Source: an uncultured Lachnospiraceae bacterium
GTDB taxonomy: Bacteria; Bacillota; Clostridia; Lachnospirales; Lachnospiraceae
Length of the DNA: 64,000 nt
Assembly: GCA_910577275.1 (NCBI GenBank)
Contig: CAJTMW010000002.1
Span: 70,148-134,147 of the forward strand
Direction: 5' to 3'
Of the stretch, positions 54,475-64,000 are shown in pieces (within the stretch, counting starts at the first letter, position 1; every line of letters begins with the position of its first letter). The translations under genes were made by a program, and so were the position numbers. Below the pieces are notes generated by a model. It was not told the origin of the DNA and did no database searches. It saw only the letters and a list, made by a program, of their open reading frames with translations.

Positions 54475-56835
54475 ATGAAGATATCTTATAAAGAAGCGGC
54501 AACGGAATGGCTTGAGGCGCTTCCCATAGGAAACGGCAGGCTGGGAGCCATGATATACGGCGGGCCGGAAACGGAAACAATCACATTAAACGAGGACACA
54601 TTATGGAGCGGCTTCCCGGTAAGAAATTACCGGGGGCTTTCCTATGCTGCCTACCGTCAGGCGAAGGAGGAGGCAAAAAGAGGAAACTGTAAAGGCGCAA
54701 TGGACATTCTTGAGGCGGAGCTTGGAAAAGCGGAGGATGTACAGATGTATCTGCCTCCCGGCCGGCTGAAAATAGAGTTTGAGGGCGAAAGAAAGATTTC
54801 GGACTACAAAAGAACGCTGGATTTGGAACAGGGGATTGTCACCGCCGTTTATAAAAATAACGGTGCGGCCTGTACGCATACCGCCTTTGCCAGCCATCCA
54901 TCGGACTGCATTTTTTACCATATGAAAGGGGAGGAGGAGTTCTCTTTCCGGGTGTCGGCAGAGAGTAAGCTGCCGGTGGCGGTTCGTTATGAAAAGGAGG
55001 GGATTTTTCTGTCCGGCCAGTGTCCGGGGCGGGCAGGCTTTCCCGTGGGAGGCCCGGAAGCCGACAGAATACATACCTATTCGGATACCGATGAGGAAAA
55101 GGGAATGGTCTTTGTCGGGCGGGTGCTGGTCTGGGCGGAGGAAGGAAAAGTAAGGGCTGGCCGGGGCTGTGTGGAATGCCGCAGGGTGCGGGAAGCCATG
55201 CTGGTAATCCTGATGCGAACGAGCTTTAACGGATATGATAAGCATCCCTTTCTGGAGGGGAGGGATGTGGAGGCGGCGCTTGCGCAGGATAAGGAACGGC
55301 TGGAAGAACGAAGGAAAAAAGCAGGGCGGAAGTTTTTTGGGGCGCTGTGCGAAAATCATGTGGCGGATTACCGCAGCCTTTTTGACAGGGTATCTTTTTC
55401 CCTTGGGGAGAAGCCCTGTGAAGAAGTATTTCCGGAGGAGGAATTCCGGCTTTTCCGGCAGGGAAAGGCTTCCCCGGGGCTTTATCAGGCGCTGTTTGAC
55501 TATGGAAGGTATCTGCTGATTTCTTCCTCGAGACCGGGAACTCAGGCGGCCAATCTGCAGGGAATCTGGAGCGAGGAGCTGATTCCTCCCTGGTTTTGCG
55601 ACTACACGGTCAATATTAATTTGCAGATGAATTACTGGCTTGCGGGGCCCTGTAATCTCCCCGAGCTGACGGAGCCGCTTAAGGATTTATGCAAGGAGAT
55701 GACGGTTACGGGAAAGGAGACTGCCGGTAATCTGTTCCGATGCAGGGGAGCGGCAGGCTTTCACAACACTGATATCTGGAGAAAGACGACTCCGGCAAAC
55801 GGGCGCGCCATGTGGAGTTATTGGCCTTTCGGGCTGGCGTGGCTGTGCAGGAATCTTTTCGACGGGTATCTTTTCACGCGGGATAAGGAGTATCTGGAAA
55901 ATATTTTTGAGGTTTTGCAGGAAAGCGCGGTTTTTGCCTGTGAAATGCTGGAGGAAACGCAGGACGGCCTCACAGTTCCGCTCTGTACGTCGCCGGAGAA
56001 TGAATATCTTTATGAGGGGAATCCGGTGTCGGTGTCCCTCTATACCGAAAATGTAAACGCGGTTGTCAGAGGGCTTTTCAGAGACTATCTGAGGGCGTGC
56101 GACGCTCTGGGCAAAAGGGATGATTTCTATGAGTCGGTAAAAAGATGCCTTCCCCGCATCATAAAACCGAAAATCGGGAGCAGGGGGCAGATTCTGGAAT
56201 GGGACGGGGAGTTTCAGGAGGCCGACGAACACCACAGGCATCTTTCAAATCTGTATGCCATTCATCCCGGGGACGAGTGGACGGACCCGGCGTCCGCGGA
56301 ATACAGGGCGGTCAGGGAGACTTTACTCGCAAGAGGCGACGGGGGGACCGGATGGAGCCTTGCGTGGAAAATTTCCATGTGGGCGAGGCTTGAGGACGGC
56401 GGCCATGTAAAGAAAATCATGGACAACCTGTTTTGCAGGGTGCCGCCAGGGCCCCGGCCCGGGGAACACAAAGGCGGGCTTTATCCCAATTTATTCTGCG
56501 CCCACCCGCCCTTCCAGATTGACGGCAATTTCGGGTATACGGCGGGGGTGGCGGAGATGCTTGTGCAAAGCCACGGGGATGAAATCGTGCTTTTGCCTGC
56601 CCTTCTGCCGGAATGGAGGATAGGAGAAGCGGCGGGACTGCGGGCCAGAGGCGGAATTACCGTTTCCGTAAGGTGGACAAAGAAGCGGGCTGCCTACAGG
56701 CTCTGCGCCGACAGAGATACGGTTGTCAGGCTGAGAATCGGAAGGAAGGCGGTGGGGGAGCTGCGGCTTAAGGGAGGACAGGAGCATTGGGGCAGCCTGG
56801 AAGCCGCACAGGAGGAGGACGGCGCATTTTTTTAA
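54475..56835 (+). CDS. GH95 alpha-L-fucosidase-like glycoside hydrolase
   Basis: EALPIGNGRLGAM, LNEDTLWSG, YGRYLLISSSRPG, NLQGIW, NINLQMNYW, HRHLS, GWS.AW and FQIDGNFG motifs. Confidence 0.92.
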   Translation: MKISYKEAATEWLEALPIGNGRLGAMIYGGPETETITLNEDTLWSGFPVRNYRGLSYAAYRQAKEEAKRGNCKGAMDILEAELGKAEDVQMYLPPGRLKIEFEGERKISDYKRTLDLEQGIVTAVYKNNGAACTHTAFASHPSDCIFYHMKGEEEFSFRVSAESKLPVAVRYEKEGIFLSGQCPGRAGFPVGGPEADRIHTYSDTDEEKGMVFVGRVLVWAEEGKVRAGRGCVECRRVREAMLVILMRTSFNGYDKHPFLEGRDVEAALAQDKERLEERRKKAGRKFFGALCENHVADYRSLFDRVSFSLGEKPCEEVFPEEEFRLFRQGKASPGLYQALFDYGRYLLISSSRPGTQAANLQGIWSEELIPPWFCDYTVNINLQMNYWLAGPCNLPELTEPLKDLCKEMTVTGKETAGNLFRCRGAAGFHNTDIWRKTTPANGRAMWSYWPFGLAWLCRNLFDGYLFTRDKEYLENIFEVLQESAVFACEMLEETQDGLTVPLCTSPENEYLYEGNPVSVSLYTENVNAVVRGLFRDYLRACDALGKRDDFYESVKRCLPRIIKPKIGSRGQILEWDGEFQEADEHHRHLSNLYAIHPGDEWTDPASAEYRAVRETLLARGDGGTGWSLAWKISMWARLEDGGHVKKIMDNLFCRVPPGPRPGEHKGGLYPNLFCAHPPFQIDGNFGYTAGVAEMLVQSHGDEIVLLPALLPEWRIGEAAGLRARGGITVSVRWTKKRAAYRLCADRDTVVRLRIGRKAVGELRLKGGQEHWGSLEAAQEEDGAFF

Positions 56836-56842
56836 TGCTTTT

Positions 56843-56937
56843 TTCATAAATCCTTCACAATCCCCCAAGGAATCTCGTTGCAAAAACAGACACCCTATGA
56901 TATAATGTTTTTGTGCGCAATGATAAAAAATTAACAA
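56843..56937 (+). promoter_or_regulatory. butyrate operon promoter with two Rex-like operators
   Basis: TTGCAA-N17-TATAAT (56878-56906); TTCATAA-ATCC-TTCACAA (56843-60) and ATGATAA-AAAA-TTAACAA (56920-37). Confidence 0.72.
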
Positions 56938-56989
56938 TCATTGCGGGGGAATAACTATAATCAGTTTAAGCAAACGGAGGAAAGAGATA

Positions 56990-58174
56990 ATGGCAAAGAA
57001 AGTAGTTTTAGCCGGCGCGTGCCGTACAGCCATCGGAACCATGGGAGGTTCACTGAGCACGGTACCGGTTGCAGAGCTCGGAGCAATTGTAATTAAGGAA
57101 GCTTTAAACAGAGCAGGCGTGGCGCCTGAGGCTGTAGACCAGGTATACATGGGATGCGTTATCCAGGCAGGGCAGGGGCAGAACGTGGCCCGTCAGGCTT
57201 CCATCAAGGCAGGGCTTCCCATTGAAGTTCCTGCGGTTACCATGAACGTTGTATGCGGTTCCGGTCTTAACTGCGTAAATCAGGCGGCTCAGATGATTCT
57301 GGCGGGAGACGCTGATATTGTTGTTGCAGGCGGTATGGAAAATATGTCCATGGCTCCCTACGCGGTTCCTCAGGCACGTTTCGGATATAGAATGAATAAC
57401 GGTACACTGGTTGATACCATGATTAAGGATGCTCTCTGGGATGCATTCAATGATTATCATATGATTAAGACAGCGGATAATATCTGCGAAGAGTGGGGAC
57501 TTACAAGGGAAGAACTTGACGAGTTCGCATTAAAGAGCCAGCAGAAGGCGGAAGCGGCTCAGAAGTCAGGCGCGTTCGACGCTGAAATCGTTCCCGTTAT
57601 GGTAAAGAAGAAAAAAGAAATGGTTGAATTCAAGGTGGATGAAGGCCCCCGTGCCGGTTCTACCATTGAAGGCCTTGCAAAACTCCGCACCATCAATCCC
57701 GGCGGATTCGTAACGGCCGGCAACGCTTCCGGCATCAACGACGGCGCTGCTGCAATCGTTGTTATGAGCGAGGAGAAGGCAAAAGAGCTGGGAGTGAAGC
57801 CTATGGCTACCTATGTGGCAGGCGCCCTTGCAGGCGTAAGGCCCGAGGTTATGGGTATCGGCCCTGTTGCTGCCACAAAGAAGGTTCTTGCAAAGACCGG
57901 CATGAAGATTGAGGATTTTGATATCATCGAGGCAAACGAGGCTTTTGCGGCTCAGTCCGTAGCGGTAGGAAAGGAGCTTGGCATTGACGTTGATAAGCAG
58001 CTTAATCCTAACGGCGGCGCAATTGCCCTGGGACATCCTGTAGGAGCTTCGGGATGCCGTATCCTTGTTACCCTGCTTCACGAGATGCAGGCTAAGGGGG
58101 CAAAGACAGGTCTTGCAACCCTGTGCATCGGCGGCGGTATGGGATGCTCTACCATCGTTAAAATTGAAGATTAA
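56990..58174 (+). CDS. thlA: acetyl-CoA acetyltransferase (thiolase)
   Basis: [39 protein letters not shown] and CIGGG motifs. Confidence 0.97.
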   Translation: MAKKVVLAGACRTAIGTMGGSLSTVPVAELGAIVIKEALNRAGVAPEAVDQVYMGCVIQAGQGQNVARQASIKAGLPIEVPAVTMNVVCGSGLNCVNQAAQMILAGDADIVVAGGMENMSMAPYAVPQARFGYRMNNGTLVDTMIKDALWDAFNDYHMIKTADNICEEWGLTREELDEFALKSQQKAEAAQKSGAFDAEIVPVMVKKKKEMVEFKVDEGPRAGSTIEGLAKLRTINPGGFVTAGNASGINDGAAAIVVMSEEKAKELGVKPMATYVAGALAGVRPEVMGIGPVAATKKVLAKTGMKIEDFDIIEANEAFAAQSVAVGKELGIDVDKQLNPNGGAIALGHPVGASGCRILVTLLHEMQAKGAKTGLATLCIGGGMGCSTIVKIED

Positions 58175-58293
58175 GGAAACGAATAGGACTTCCGGGACGG
58201 TGAGGAGCTGTTCCGGGAGTTCTGTGTGCGAAAGGCCTGACTGAAAAATGGCAGGAAGCTTCGCAAAAATACAGAAAAGGAGGAGCTGTAGAA

Positions 58294-59079
58294 ATGGAAT
58301 TTATCGTGTACGAACAAAAGGGCGCCTACGGCATCATCACCATCAGCCGGGAAAAGGCGTTGAATGCCTTAAATTCAGCCGTTCTTGACGAGCTGAACCA
58401 GACATTGGACGCCGTGAACCTCGACGAGGTAAGATGCCTTATTCTGACCGGCGCCGGACAGAAATCTTTTGTGGCGGGCGCTGACATCGGAGAGATGAGC
58501 ACCCTCACCAAGGCGGAAGGAGAAGCCTTCGGCAAGAAGGGAAATGACGTTTTCCGCAGGCTGGAGACCTTCCCGGTTCCCGTAATTGCGGCTGTTAACG
58601 GTTTTGCCCTTGGCGGCGGCTGTGAAATTTCCATGAGCTGCGATATCAGAATCTGTTCCGATAACGCAGTATTCGGCCAGCCCGAGGTGGGTCTTGGCAT
58701 CACCCCCGGCTTTGGCGGAACCCAGCGTCTGGCGCGTCTTGTAGGCGCAGGCATGGCAAAGCAGATGATTTATACTGCAAGGAATATCAAAGCGGATGAG
58801 GCTCTTAGAATCGGCCTTGTGAACGCTGTTTACACTCAGGAGGAGCTGATGCCCGCCGCAGAGAAGATGGCGGCAGGAATTGCAAAGAACGCTCCCATTG
58901 CGGTCCGCAACTGCAAGAAGGCAATTAACGACGGCTTGGACGCGGATATGGACGCGGCAATCGTCATCGAGGAAAAATTATTCGGCGACTGCTTCGAAAC
59001 CGAAGACCAGAAATACGGCATGGCGTTTTTCCTTGACAAGAACAAAGAAAAAGTAAAAGAACCCTTTAAAAATTGCTAG
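58294..59079 (+). CDS. crt: crotonase (3-hydroxybutyryl-CoA dehydratase)
   Basis: FVAGADI, AVNGFALGGGCE and QPEVGLGITPGFGGTQRL motifs; butyrate operon context. Confidence 0.95.
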   Translation: MEFIVYEQKGAYGIITISREKALNALNSAVLDELNQTLDAVNLDEVRCLILTGAGQKSFVAGADIGEMSTLTKAEGEAFGKKGNDVFRRLETFPVPVIAAVNGFALGGGCEISMSCDIRICSDNAVFGQPEVGLGITPGFGGTQRLARLVGAGMAKQMIYTARNIKADEALRIGLVNAVYTQEELMPAAEKMAAGIAKNAPIAVRNCKKAINDGLDADMDAAIVIEEKLFGDCFETEDQKYGMAFFLDKNKEKVKEPFKNC

Positions 59080-59091
59080 GAGGATGAGAAG

Positions 59092-59931
59092 ATGAAAGTA
59101 GGTATTATCGGCGCAGGCACAATGGGTGCCGGAATCGCACAGGCATTTGCAATGACAGACGGATACGAAGTATGCCTTTGTGACATTGAAATGAGATTTG
59201 CCGAGGGCGGCAAGGCAAGAATCCAGAAGAATATGGATTTCCTTGTAAAGAAAGAAAAAATCACGCAGGAGAAGGCCGACGCTATCATGGCAAAGGTTAC
59301 CTGCGGACTTAAGGATATCTGCACGGACTGCGACCTTATTGTGGAGGTTGCTCCCGAGAATATGAAGATTAAGAAGGATACCTTCAAAGAGCTGATGGGT
59401 ATTGTGAAGCCTGACTGCATGTTTGCATCCAACACATCTTCCCTTTCCATCACGGAAATCGGCGCAGGTCTTGACAGGCCCATGATTGGCATGCACTTCT
59501 TCAATCCGGCTGACAGAATGAAGCTGGTAGAGGTGATTGCAGGCGAGAACACTCCCGACGAGATGGTGGAGAAGATTAAGGGAATCGCCGCAGAAATCGG
59601 CAAGACTCCCGTTCAGGTAAAGGAAGCTCCCGGCTTTGTGGTTAACAGAATCCTGATTCCCATGATTAACGAGGCAATCGGCATTTATGCTGACGGAACC
59701 GCAAGCGTGGCTGACATCGACGAGGCAATGAAGCTTGGCGCAAACCATCCCATGGGCCCTCTGGCTTTAGGAGATTTGGTTGGTCTCGATATCGTTCTTG
59801 CCATCATGGAAGTACTTCAGAACGAAACGGGCGACCCCAAATATCGTCCTCATCCCCTTCTTCGTAAGATGGTCCGCGCAGGCAAGCTTGGCAAGAAGAC
59901 CGGCGTTGGGTTCTACGATTATTCTAAGTAA
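59092..59931 (+). CDS. hbd: 3-hydroxybutyryl-CoA dehydrogenase
   Basis: GAGTMG, SNTSSL, GMHFFNP, PGFVVNR and HPMGPL motifs. Confidence 0.96.
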   Translation: MKVGIIGAGTMGAGIAQAFAMTDGYEVCLCDIEMRFAEGGKARIQKNMDFLVKKEKITQEKADAIMAKVTCGLKDICTDCDLIVEVAPENMKIKKDTFKELMGIVKPDCMFASNTSSLSITEIGAGLDRPMIGMHFFNPADRMKLVEVIAGENTPDEMVEKIKGIAAEIGKTPVQVKEAPGFVVNRILIPMINEAIGIYADGTASVADIDEAMKLGANHPMGPLALGDLVGLDIVLAIMEVLQNETGDPKYRPHPLLRKMVRAGKLGKKTGVGFYDYSK

Positions 59932-60034
59932 AAGCTCCGCGGCAGCTGCCAGACGGACATGAAGGCATGTCCGCCCGGTTCGCTGCCCAGGGAAATAAAT
60001 AAAAATCTGAAAATTTTATGGAGGAATCAAAATC

Positions 60035-61189
60035 ATGGATTTTATGTTATCTAAACAACATGAAATGGCAAGGACTCTTTTCAAAGAGTTTGCAGAAAAA
60101 GAAGTAAAGCCCCTGGCTCAGGAAGTTGACGAAACAGAGGTTTTCCCCAGAGGAACCGTTGAGAAGATGGCGAAAGCAGGGTTCCTTGGCATTCCCGTTC
60201 CCAGGGAATACGGCGGACAGGGCTGCGACCCTCTTACATATGCAATGTGTGTGGAAGAACTCTCCAAGGTTTGCGGCACCACAGGCGTTATCGTATCCGC
60301 TCATACTTCTCTTTGCTGCGACCCGATTATGACATACGGCACGGAAGAACAGAAGCAGAAATATTTAGTTCCCCTTGCAAAAGGCGAGAAGTTAGGCGCT
60401 TTCGGCCTGACAGAGCCCGGCGCGGGAACCGACGCTCAGGGACAGCAGACAAAGGCTGTTCTGGACGGAGACGAGTGGGTGCTTAACGGCTCCAAGATTT
60501 TCATCACAAACGGTAAGGAAGCCGACGTATATGTAATCTTTGCCGTTACAGGCGTTGTCACCGATAAGAAGGGCAGAAGCAAAAAGATGATTTCCGCCTT
60601 TATTGTAGAAAAAGGAACGCCCGGCTTTACCTTTGGTACAAAGGAAAAGAAGATGGGTATCCGCGGTTCGTCCACCTATGAGCTTATCTTTACAGACTGC
60701 CGTATCCCGAAGGAAAATCTGCTTGGACAGGAAGGCAAGGGCTTTGGTATCGCCATGCATACACTGGACGGCGGACGTATCGGTATCGCCGCTCAGGCGC
60801 TTGGTCTTGCAGAGGGCGCTCTTGACAGAACCATTGAGTATGTAAAAGAAAGAAAACAGTTCGGAAGGGCAATCGGCGCGTTCCAGAACACCCAGTTCCA
60901 GCTTGCAGACATGGCTACCAAGGTACAGGCTGCCCAGCTTCTTGTTTACAAGGCTGCCATGGCCAAGGCTACCCAGAAGGTTTACTCTGTGGAAGCGGCT
61001 CAGGCAAAGCTGTATGCGGCTGAGGTTGCAATGGAAGTTACCACCAAGGCTGTTCAGCTTCACGGCGGTTACGGATATATCAGAGAATATGACGTTGAGC
61101 GTATGATGCGCGACGCAAAGATTACGGAAATCTACGAAGGAACAAGCGAAGTGCAGAGAATGGTTATTTCCAGTGCATTGCTTAAGTAA
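60035..61189 (+). CDS. bcd: butyryl-CoA dehydrogenase
   Basis: [40 protein letters not shown] and [10 protein letters not shown] motifs. Confidence 0.96.
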   Translation: MDFMLSKQHEMARTLFKEFAEKEVKPLAQEVDETEVFPRGTVEKMAKAGFLGIPVPREYGGQGCDPLTYAMCVEELSKVCGTTGVIVSAHTSLCCDPIMTYGTEEQKQKYLVPLAKGEKLGAFGLTEPGAGTDAQGQQTKAVLDGDEWVLNGSKIFITNGKEADVYVIFAVTGVVTDKKGRSKKMISAFIVEKGTPGFTFGTKEKKMGIRGSSTYELIFTDCRIPKENLLGQEGKGFGIAMHTLDGGRIGIAAQALGLAEGALDRTIEYVKERKQFGRAIGAFQNTQFQLADMATKVQAAQLLVYKAAMAKATQKVYSVEAAQAKLYAAEVAMEVTTKAVQLHGGYGYIREYDVERMMRDAKITEIYEGTSEVQRMVISSALLK

Positions 61190-61219
61190 AAAAATAAATG
61201 ATTAAGGAGAGATAATACA

Positions 61220-62002
61220 ATGAAAATCGTTGTTTGTGTTAAACAGGTACCTGATACCAAGGGCGGCGTAAAGTTCAATCCCGATGGTACGCTTGACAGA
61301 GGTGCGATGCTTGCAATTATGAATCCTGACGACAAGGCAGGCCTGGAAGCAGCGCTTAGATTAAAAGATGAGTACGGCGCAGAGGTTACCGTGGTAACCA
61401 TGGGACTTCCCAAGGCGGAGGAAGTTCTCCGTGAAGCAATCGCCATGGGCGCGGACAAGGGAATTCTGGTGACAGACAGAGTGCTTGGCGGCGCCGACAC
61501 ATGGGCTACTTCACAGACCCTTGCCGGAGCAATCCGCAATCTGGAATATGACTTGATTATCACAGGACGTCAGGCAATCGACGGAGATACCGCTCAGGTT
61601 GGCCCTCAGATTTCCGAGCATCTTGGAATCCCTGTAATTTCCTATGCACAGAAAATCCAAATCGAAGGCGACAGTGTGATTGTTGAGCGTCAGTATGATG
61701 ACAGATATCATGTGTTAAAGGCAAAAATGCCCTGCCTGATTACAGCTCTTGCAGAGTTAAACGAGCCCCGTTACATGACTCCCGGTGGAATTTTTGACGC
61801 TTACAATTCAGAAATCACCGTTTGGGGAAGAGCAAATCTGGTTGATGTAGAAGATTCCAACTTAGGACTTAAGGGTTCGCCTACTCAGATTGCAAAGGCT
61901 TCCGACAAGGTTAGAAAGGGAGCAGGCGAGAAGGTTAATCTTGACCCCGCGGAATCTGTAAACTACATTATCGACAAATTAAAAGTAAAACATGTAATCT
62001 AA
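61220..62002 (+). CDS. etfB: electron transfer flavoprotein beta subunit
   Basis: CVKQVPD, GADTWAT, GRQAIDGDTAQVGP and GSPT motifs. Confidence 0.96.
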   Translation: MKIVVCVKQVPDTKGGVKFNPDGTLDRGAMLAIMNPDDKAGLEAALRLKDEYGAEVTVVTMGLPKAEEVLREAIAMGADKGILVTDRVLGGADTWATSQTLAGAIRNLEYDLIITGRQAIDGDTAQVGPQISEHLGIPVISYAQKIQIEGDSVIVERQYDDRYHVLKAKMPCLITALAELNEPRYMTPGGIFDAYNSEITVWGRANLVDVEDSNLGLKGSPTQIAKASDKVRKGAGEKVNLDPAESVNYIIDKLKVKHVI

Positions 62003-62026
62003 TTACTGTCATTGGAGGATATTAAA

Positions 62027-63070
62027 ATGAATATTCAAGATTATAAGGGAGTATTTGTCTTTGCACAGCAGGTAGACAATGTACTTGGTGGAATTGCTTT
62101 GGAACTGGTAGGCAAGGGAAAAGACCTTGCAAAAGACCTTGGCACGGAAGTAACGGCGGTTTTGGTGGGCTGCGATGTGAAAGGGCTTGCAGACGAGCTT
62201 GCAGAATACGGCGCAGACAAGGTTATCGTTGTGGATGACCCGGAACTGAAAGAATACAGGACAGAGCCCTATGCGCATGCGCTTGCTTCTGTAATTAATG
62301 AGTTCAAGCCTGAAATTTTCCTGATTGGCGCAACAGCAATCGGACGTGACTTAGGTCCCCGCGTGTCCGCAAGAATACATACAGGACTTACCGCTGACTG
62401 TACACAGCTTGATATCGGCGATTTCCCGTTAAATCCCGTTCCGGGAAGAGAGCAGCTTCACAACCAGCTTCTCATGACCCGTCCGGCATTCGGCGGCAAC
62501 ACAATCGCTACTATCGCCTGCCCTGATTTCCGCCCTCAGATGGCGACGGTTCGCCCCGGCGTTATGCAGAAGGCTCCCAGGGAAGCAGGAAGAAAGGCGG
62601 AGGTTATCGAGTTCAACCCCGGCTTTACTCCCAACGAGAAGTATGTTGAAATCTTAAAGGTTGTAAAGGCAGTTTCAGACGTTGCAGATATCATGGACGC
62701 CAAAATTCTGGTATCCGGCGGCCGCGGCGTTGGAAGCCCTGAGAATTTCAAGATTCTGGAAGACCTTGCGGAAGTGCTCGGCGCAACGGTGAGCTGCTCC
62801 CGTGCGGTAGTTGACGCAGGCTGGAAGCCGAAGGATTTGCAGGTTGGCCAGACAGGAAAGACCGTTCGTCCCAACGTGTACTTTGCAATCGGTATCTCCG
62901 GCGCAATCCAGCACGTGGCAGGTATGGAAGAATCCGACATCATCATCGCCATCAACAAGGACGAGACGGCTCCTATCTTCGATGTGGCTGATTTCGGTAT
63001 CGTGGGCGATTTGAACAAGATTGTTCCGGCGTTGACAGAGAGCCTTAAGGCGGAGATGGCAAGCAAGTAA
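62027..63070 (+). CDS. etfA: electron transfer flavoprotein alpha subunit
   Basis: GLTADCT, TRPAFGGN, SGGRG, QVGQTGKTV and GISGAIQH motifs; GGAGG RBS before the ATG at 62027. Confidence 0.96.
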   Translation: MNIQDYKGVFVFAQQVDNVLGGIALELVGKGKDLAKDLGTEVTAVLVGCDVKGLADELAEYGADKVIVVDDPELKEYRTEPYAHALASVINEFKPEIFLIGATAIGRDLGPRVSARIHTGLTADCTQLDIGDFPLNPVPGREQLHNQLLMTRPAFGGNTIATIACPDFRPQMATVRPGVMQKAPREAGRKAEVIEFNPGFTPNEKYVEILKVVKAVSDVADIMDAKILVSGGRGVGSPENFKILEDLAEVLGATVSCSRAVVDAGWKPKDLQVGQTGKTVRPNVYFAIGISGAIQHVAGMEESDIIIAINKDETAPIFDVADFGIVGDLNKIVPALTESLKAEMASK

Positions 63071-63140
63071 ACTTGCTCTAAGTAAATTTTTTTCAAGTAG
63101 ACTTATTTTCAAATAAATTTGCTTACAAGTAAACTGATTG
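63064..63140 (+). repeat. degenerate 15-16-bp tandem repeat x5 starting at the etfA stop codon
   Basis: Units begin CAAGTAAACTT (63064), TAAGTAAATTT (63079), CAAGTAGACTT (63094), CAAATAAATTT (63110) and CAAGTAAACTG (63126). Confidence 0.7.
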
Positions 63141-63274
63141 CGAATAGGAATTAGTTGAAGCTGTTTTAAAAAGAGTAAAAGAGATAGAAGTGTCTGGTTC
63201 AGGCATTTCTATCTTTTTTGTTGCATTGAAAGATGTTATACTGTATTTGAGCGTAAAAAAGGCGGTGAAAGCAT

Positions 63275-63949
63275 TTGAAAAGCATACTGGTAGTAGAGGA
63301 CGACAGAGGTCTTCGGGAAGGAATCGAGCTTGCCCTGCGCAGGGATGAATTTGTCTTTACCCTGTGTGAAAGCATGGGGAAGGCCAGGGAAGCGATTTTA
63401 GGCGGGAGTGCATTTGATTTGGTGCTGCTGGACATTAATCTTCCCGACGGCAGCGGCTATGACCTTTTAAAGGAAATCAAGGAAAATCACGGAGAGATTC
63501 CGGTGATTATTCTGACCGCCAACGATTTTGAGATGGACGAAGTGCGCGGCTTAGAGCTTGGCGCAGAGGATTATATCACCAAGCCTTTCAGCCTGATGGT
63601 GCTTCGGGCAAGAATCGACAAAGCCCTTAAAAATGCCGGAAAGGGAAGAAAAGAAGTCTACCGTTTCGGGGAATTATATTTTTGCTTTGAGGATATGCTG
63701 GTAAAGCGGGGCGAGGAAGAAATTGTACTTAGCAAAACGGAGCTAAAGCTTTTACAGCTCCTTGTGGAGAATAGAAATATTGTGCTGGGGCGGGAGCGGC
63801 TGATAGACAAAATCTGGACGGACGGCGCGGAGTATGTGGATGAAAATGCGTTGTCCGTGACGGTCAACAGGCTCAGGGCGAAATTGAAGGAAAGCGGGGA
63901 AGGGCATTTGCAGACGGTGTATGGTAAGGGATATGTATGGAAGGCATGA
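63275..63949 (+). CDS. OmpR/PhoB family response regulator
   Basis: VVEDD, LLDINLPDGSG, LTA and DYITKPF motifs; wHTH with L.V..NRLR.KL..TVYG.GY; TTG start. Confidence 0.92.
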   Translation: MKSILVVEDDRGLREGIELALRRDEFVFTLCESMGKAREAILGGSAFDLVLLDINLPDGSGYDLLKEIKENHGEIPVIILTANDFEMDEVRGLELGAEDYITKPFSLMVLRARIDKALKNAGKGRKEVYRFGELYFCFEDMLVKRGEEEIVLSKTELKLLQLLVENRNIVLGRERLIDKIWTDGAEYVDENALSVTVNRLRAKLKESGEGHLQTVYGKGYVWKA

Positions 63950-64000
63950 AGACTTAGAGTTCTGGTTTGCAGGGAACAGATTGTTGGATATAGTTGCCAG

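Noticed and set aside
63946..64000. Sensor kinase start overlapping the response regulator stop
   Set aside because: The overlapping ATG closes after three codons (ATG AAG ACT TAG). A kinase may start near the window edge but cannot be supported from the sequence shown.

Overview
A mostly + strand chromosomal window from a low-GC Gram-positive anaerobe, most likely a gut Lachnospiraceae/Clostridiales spore-former. The assignment rests on gene content, sigmaA promoters, a T-box, Rex-like boxes and sigE/sigK-like promoters. Housekeeping genes include aroA, hflX, a pseudouridine synthase, ligA, metA, panT-coaX-coaBC, purL, tRNA-Ala(CGC), a T-box-controlled MetRS2-type metG, metQ with a LysR regulator, hflK-hflC and the butyrate operon thl-crt-hbd-bcd-etfB-etfA. 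Accessory genes are interspersed: MATE, ABC and MFS transporters, GH88, GH95, an AAA/PD-(D/E)XK protein, sce7726-like and ImmA-like orphans, DUF3800, DUF4474 and a TPR-DUF4037-DUF4125 fusion. Most notable: (1) a two-gene exosortase (XrtK-like) plus VIT-vWA substrate module with a GSEP-TM-basic C-terminal sorting signal and phased 11-bp upstream repeats; (2) a yybP-ykoY (Mn2+) riboswitch, with Rex- and CodY-like boxes, driving hflKC instead of a metal transporter; (3) a DUF3800 gene preceded by a compact two-hairpin RNA; (4) two 96-bp structured repeats with a compensatory base change directly behind the tRNA; (5) a possible miniature group II intron-like remnant after a terminator, and two dispersed intergenic repeat families. 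No integrase, transposase or CRISPR array was recognised. All family assignments come from motif recognition by eye, not database searches.
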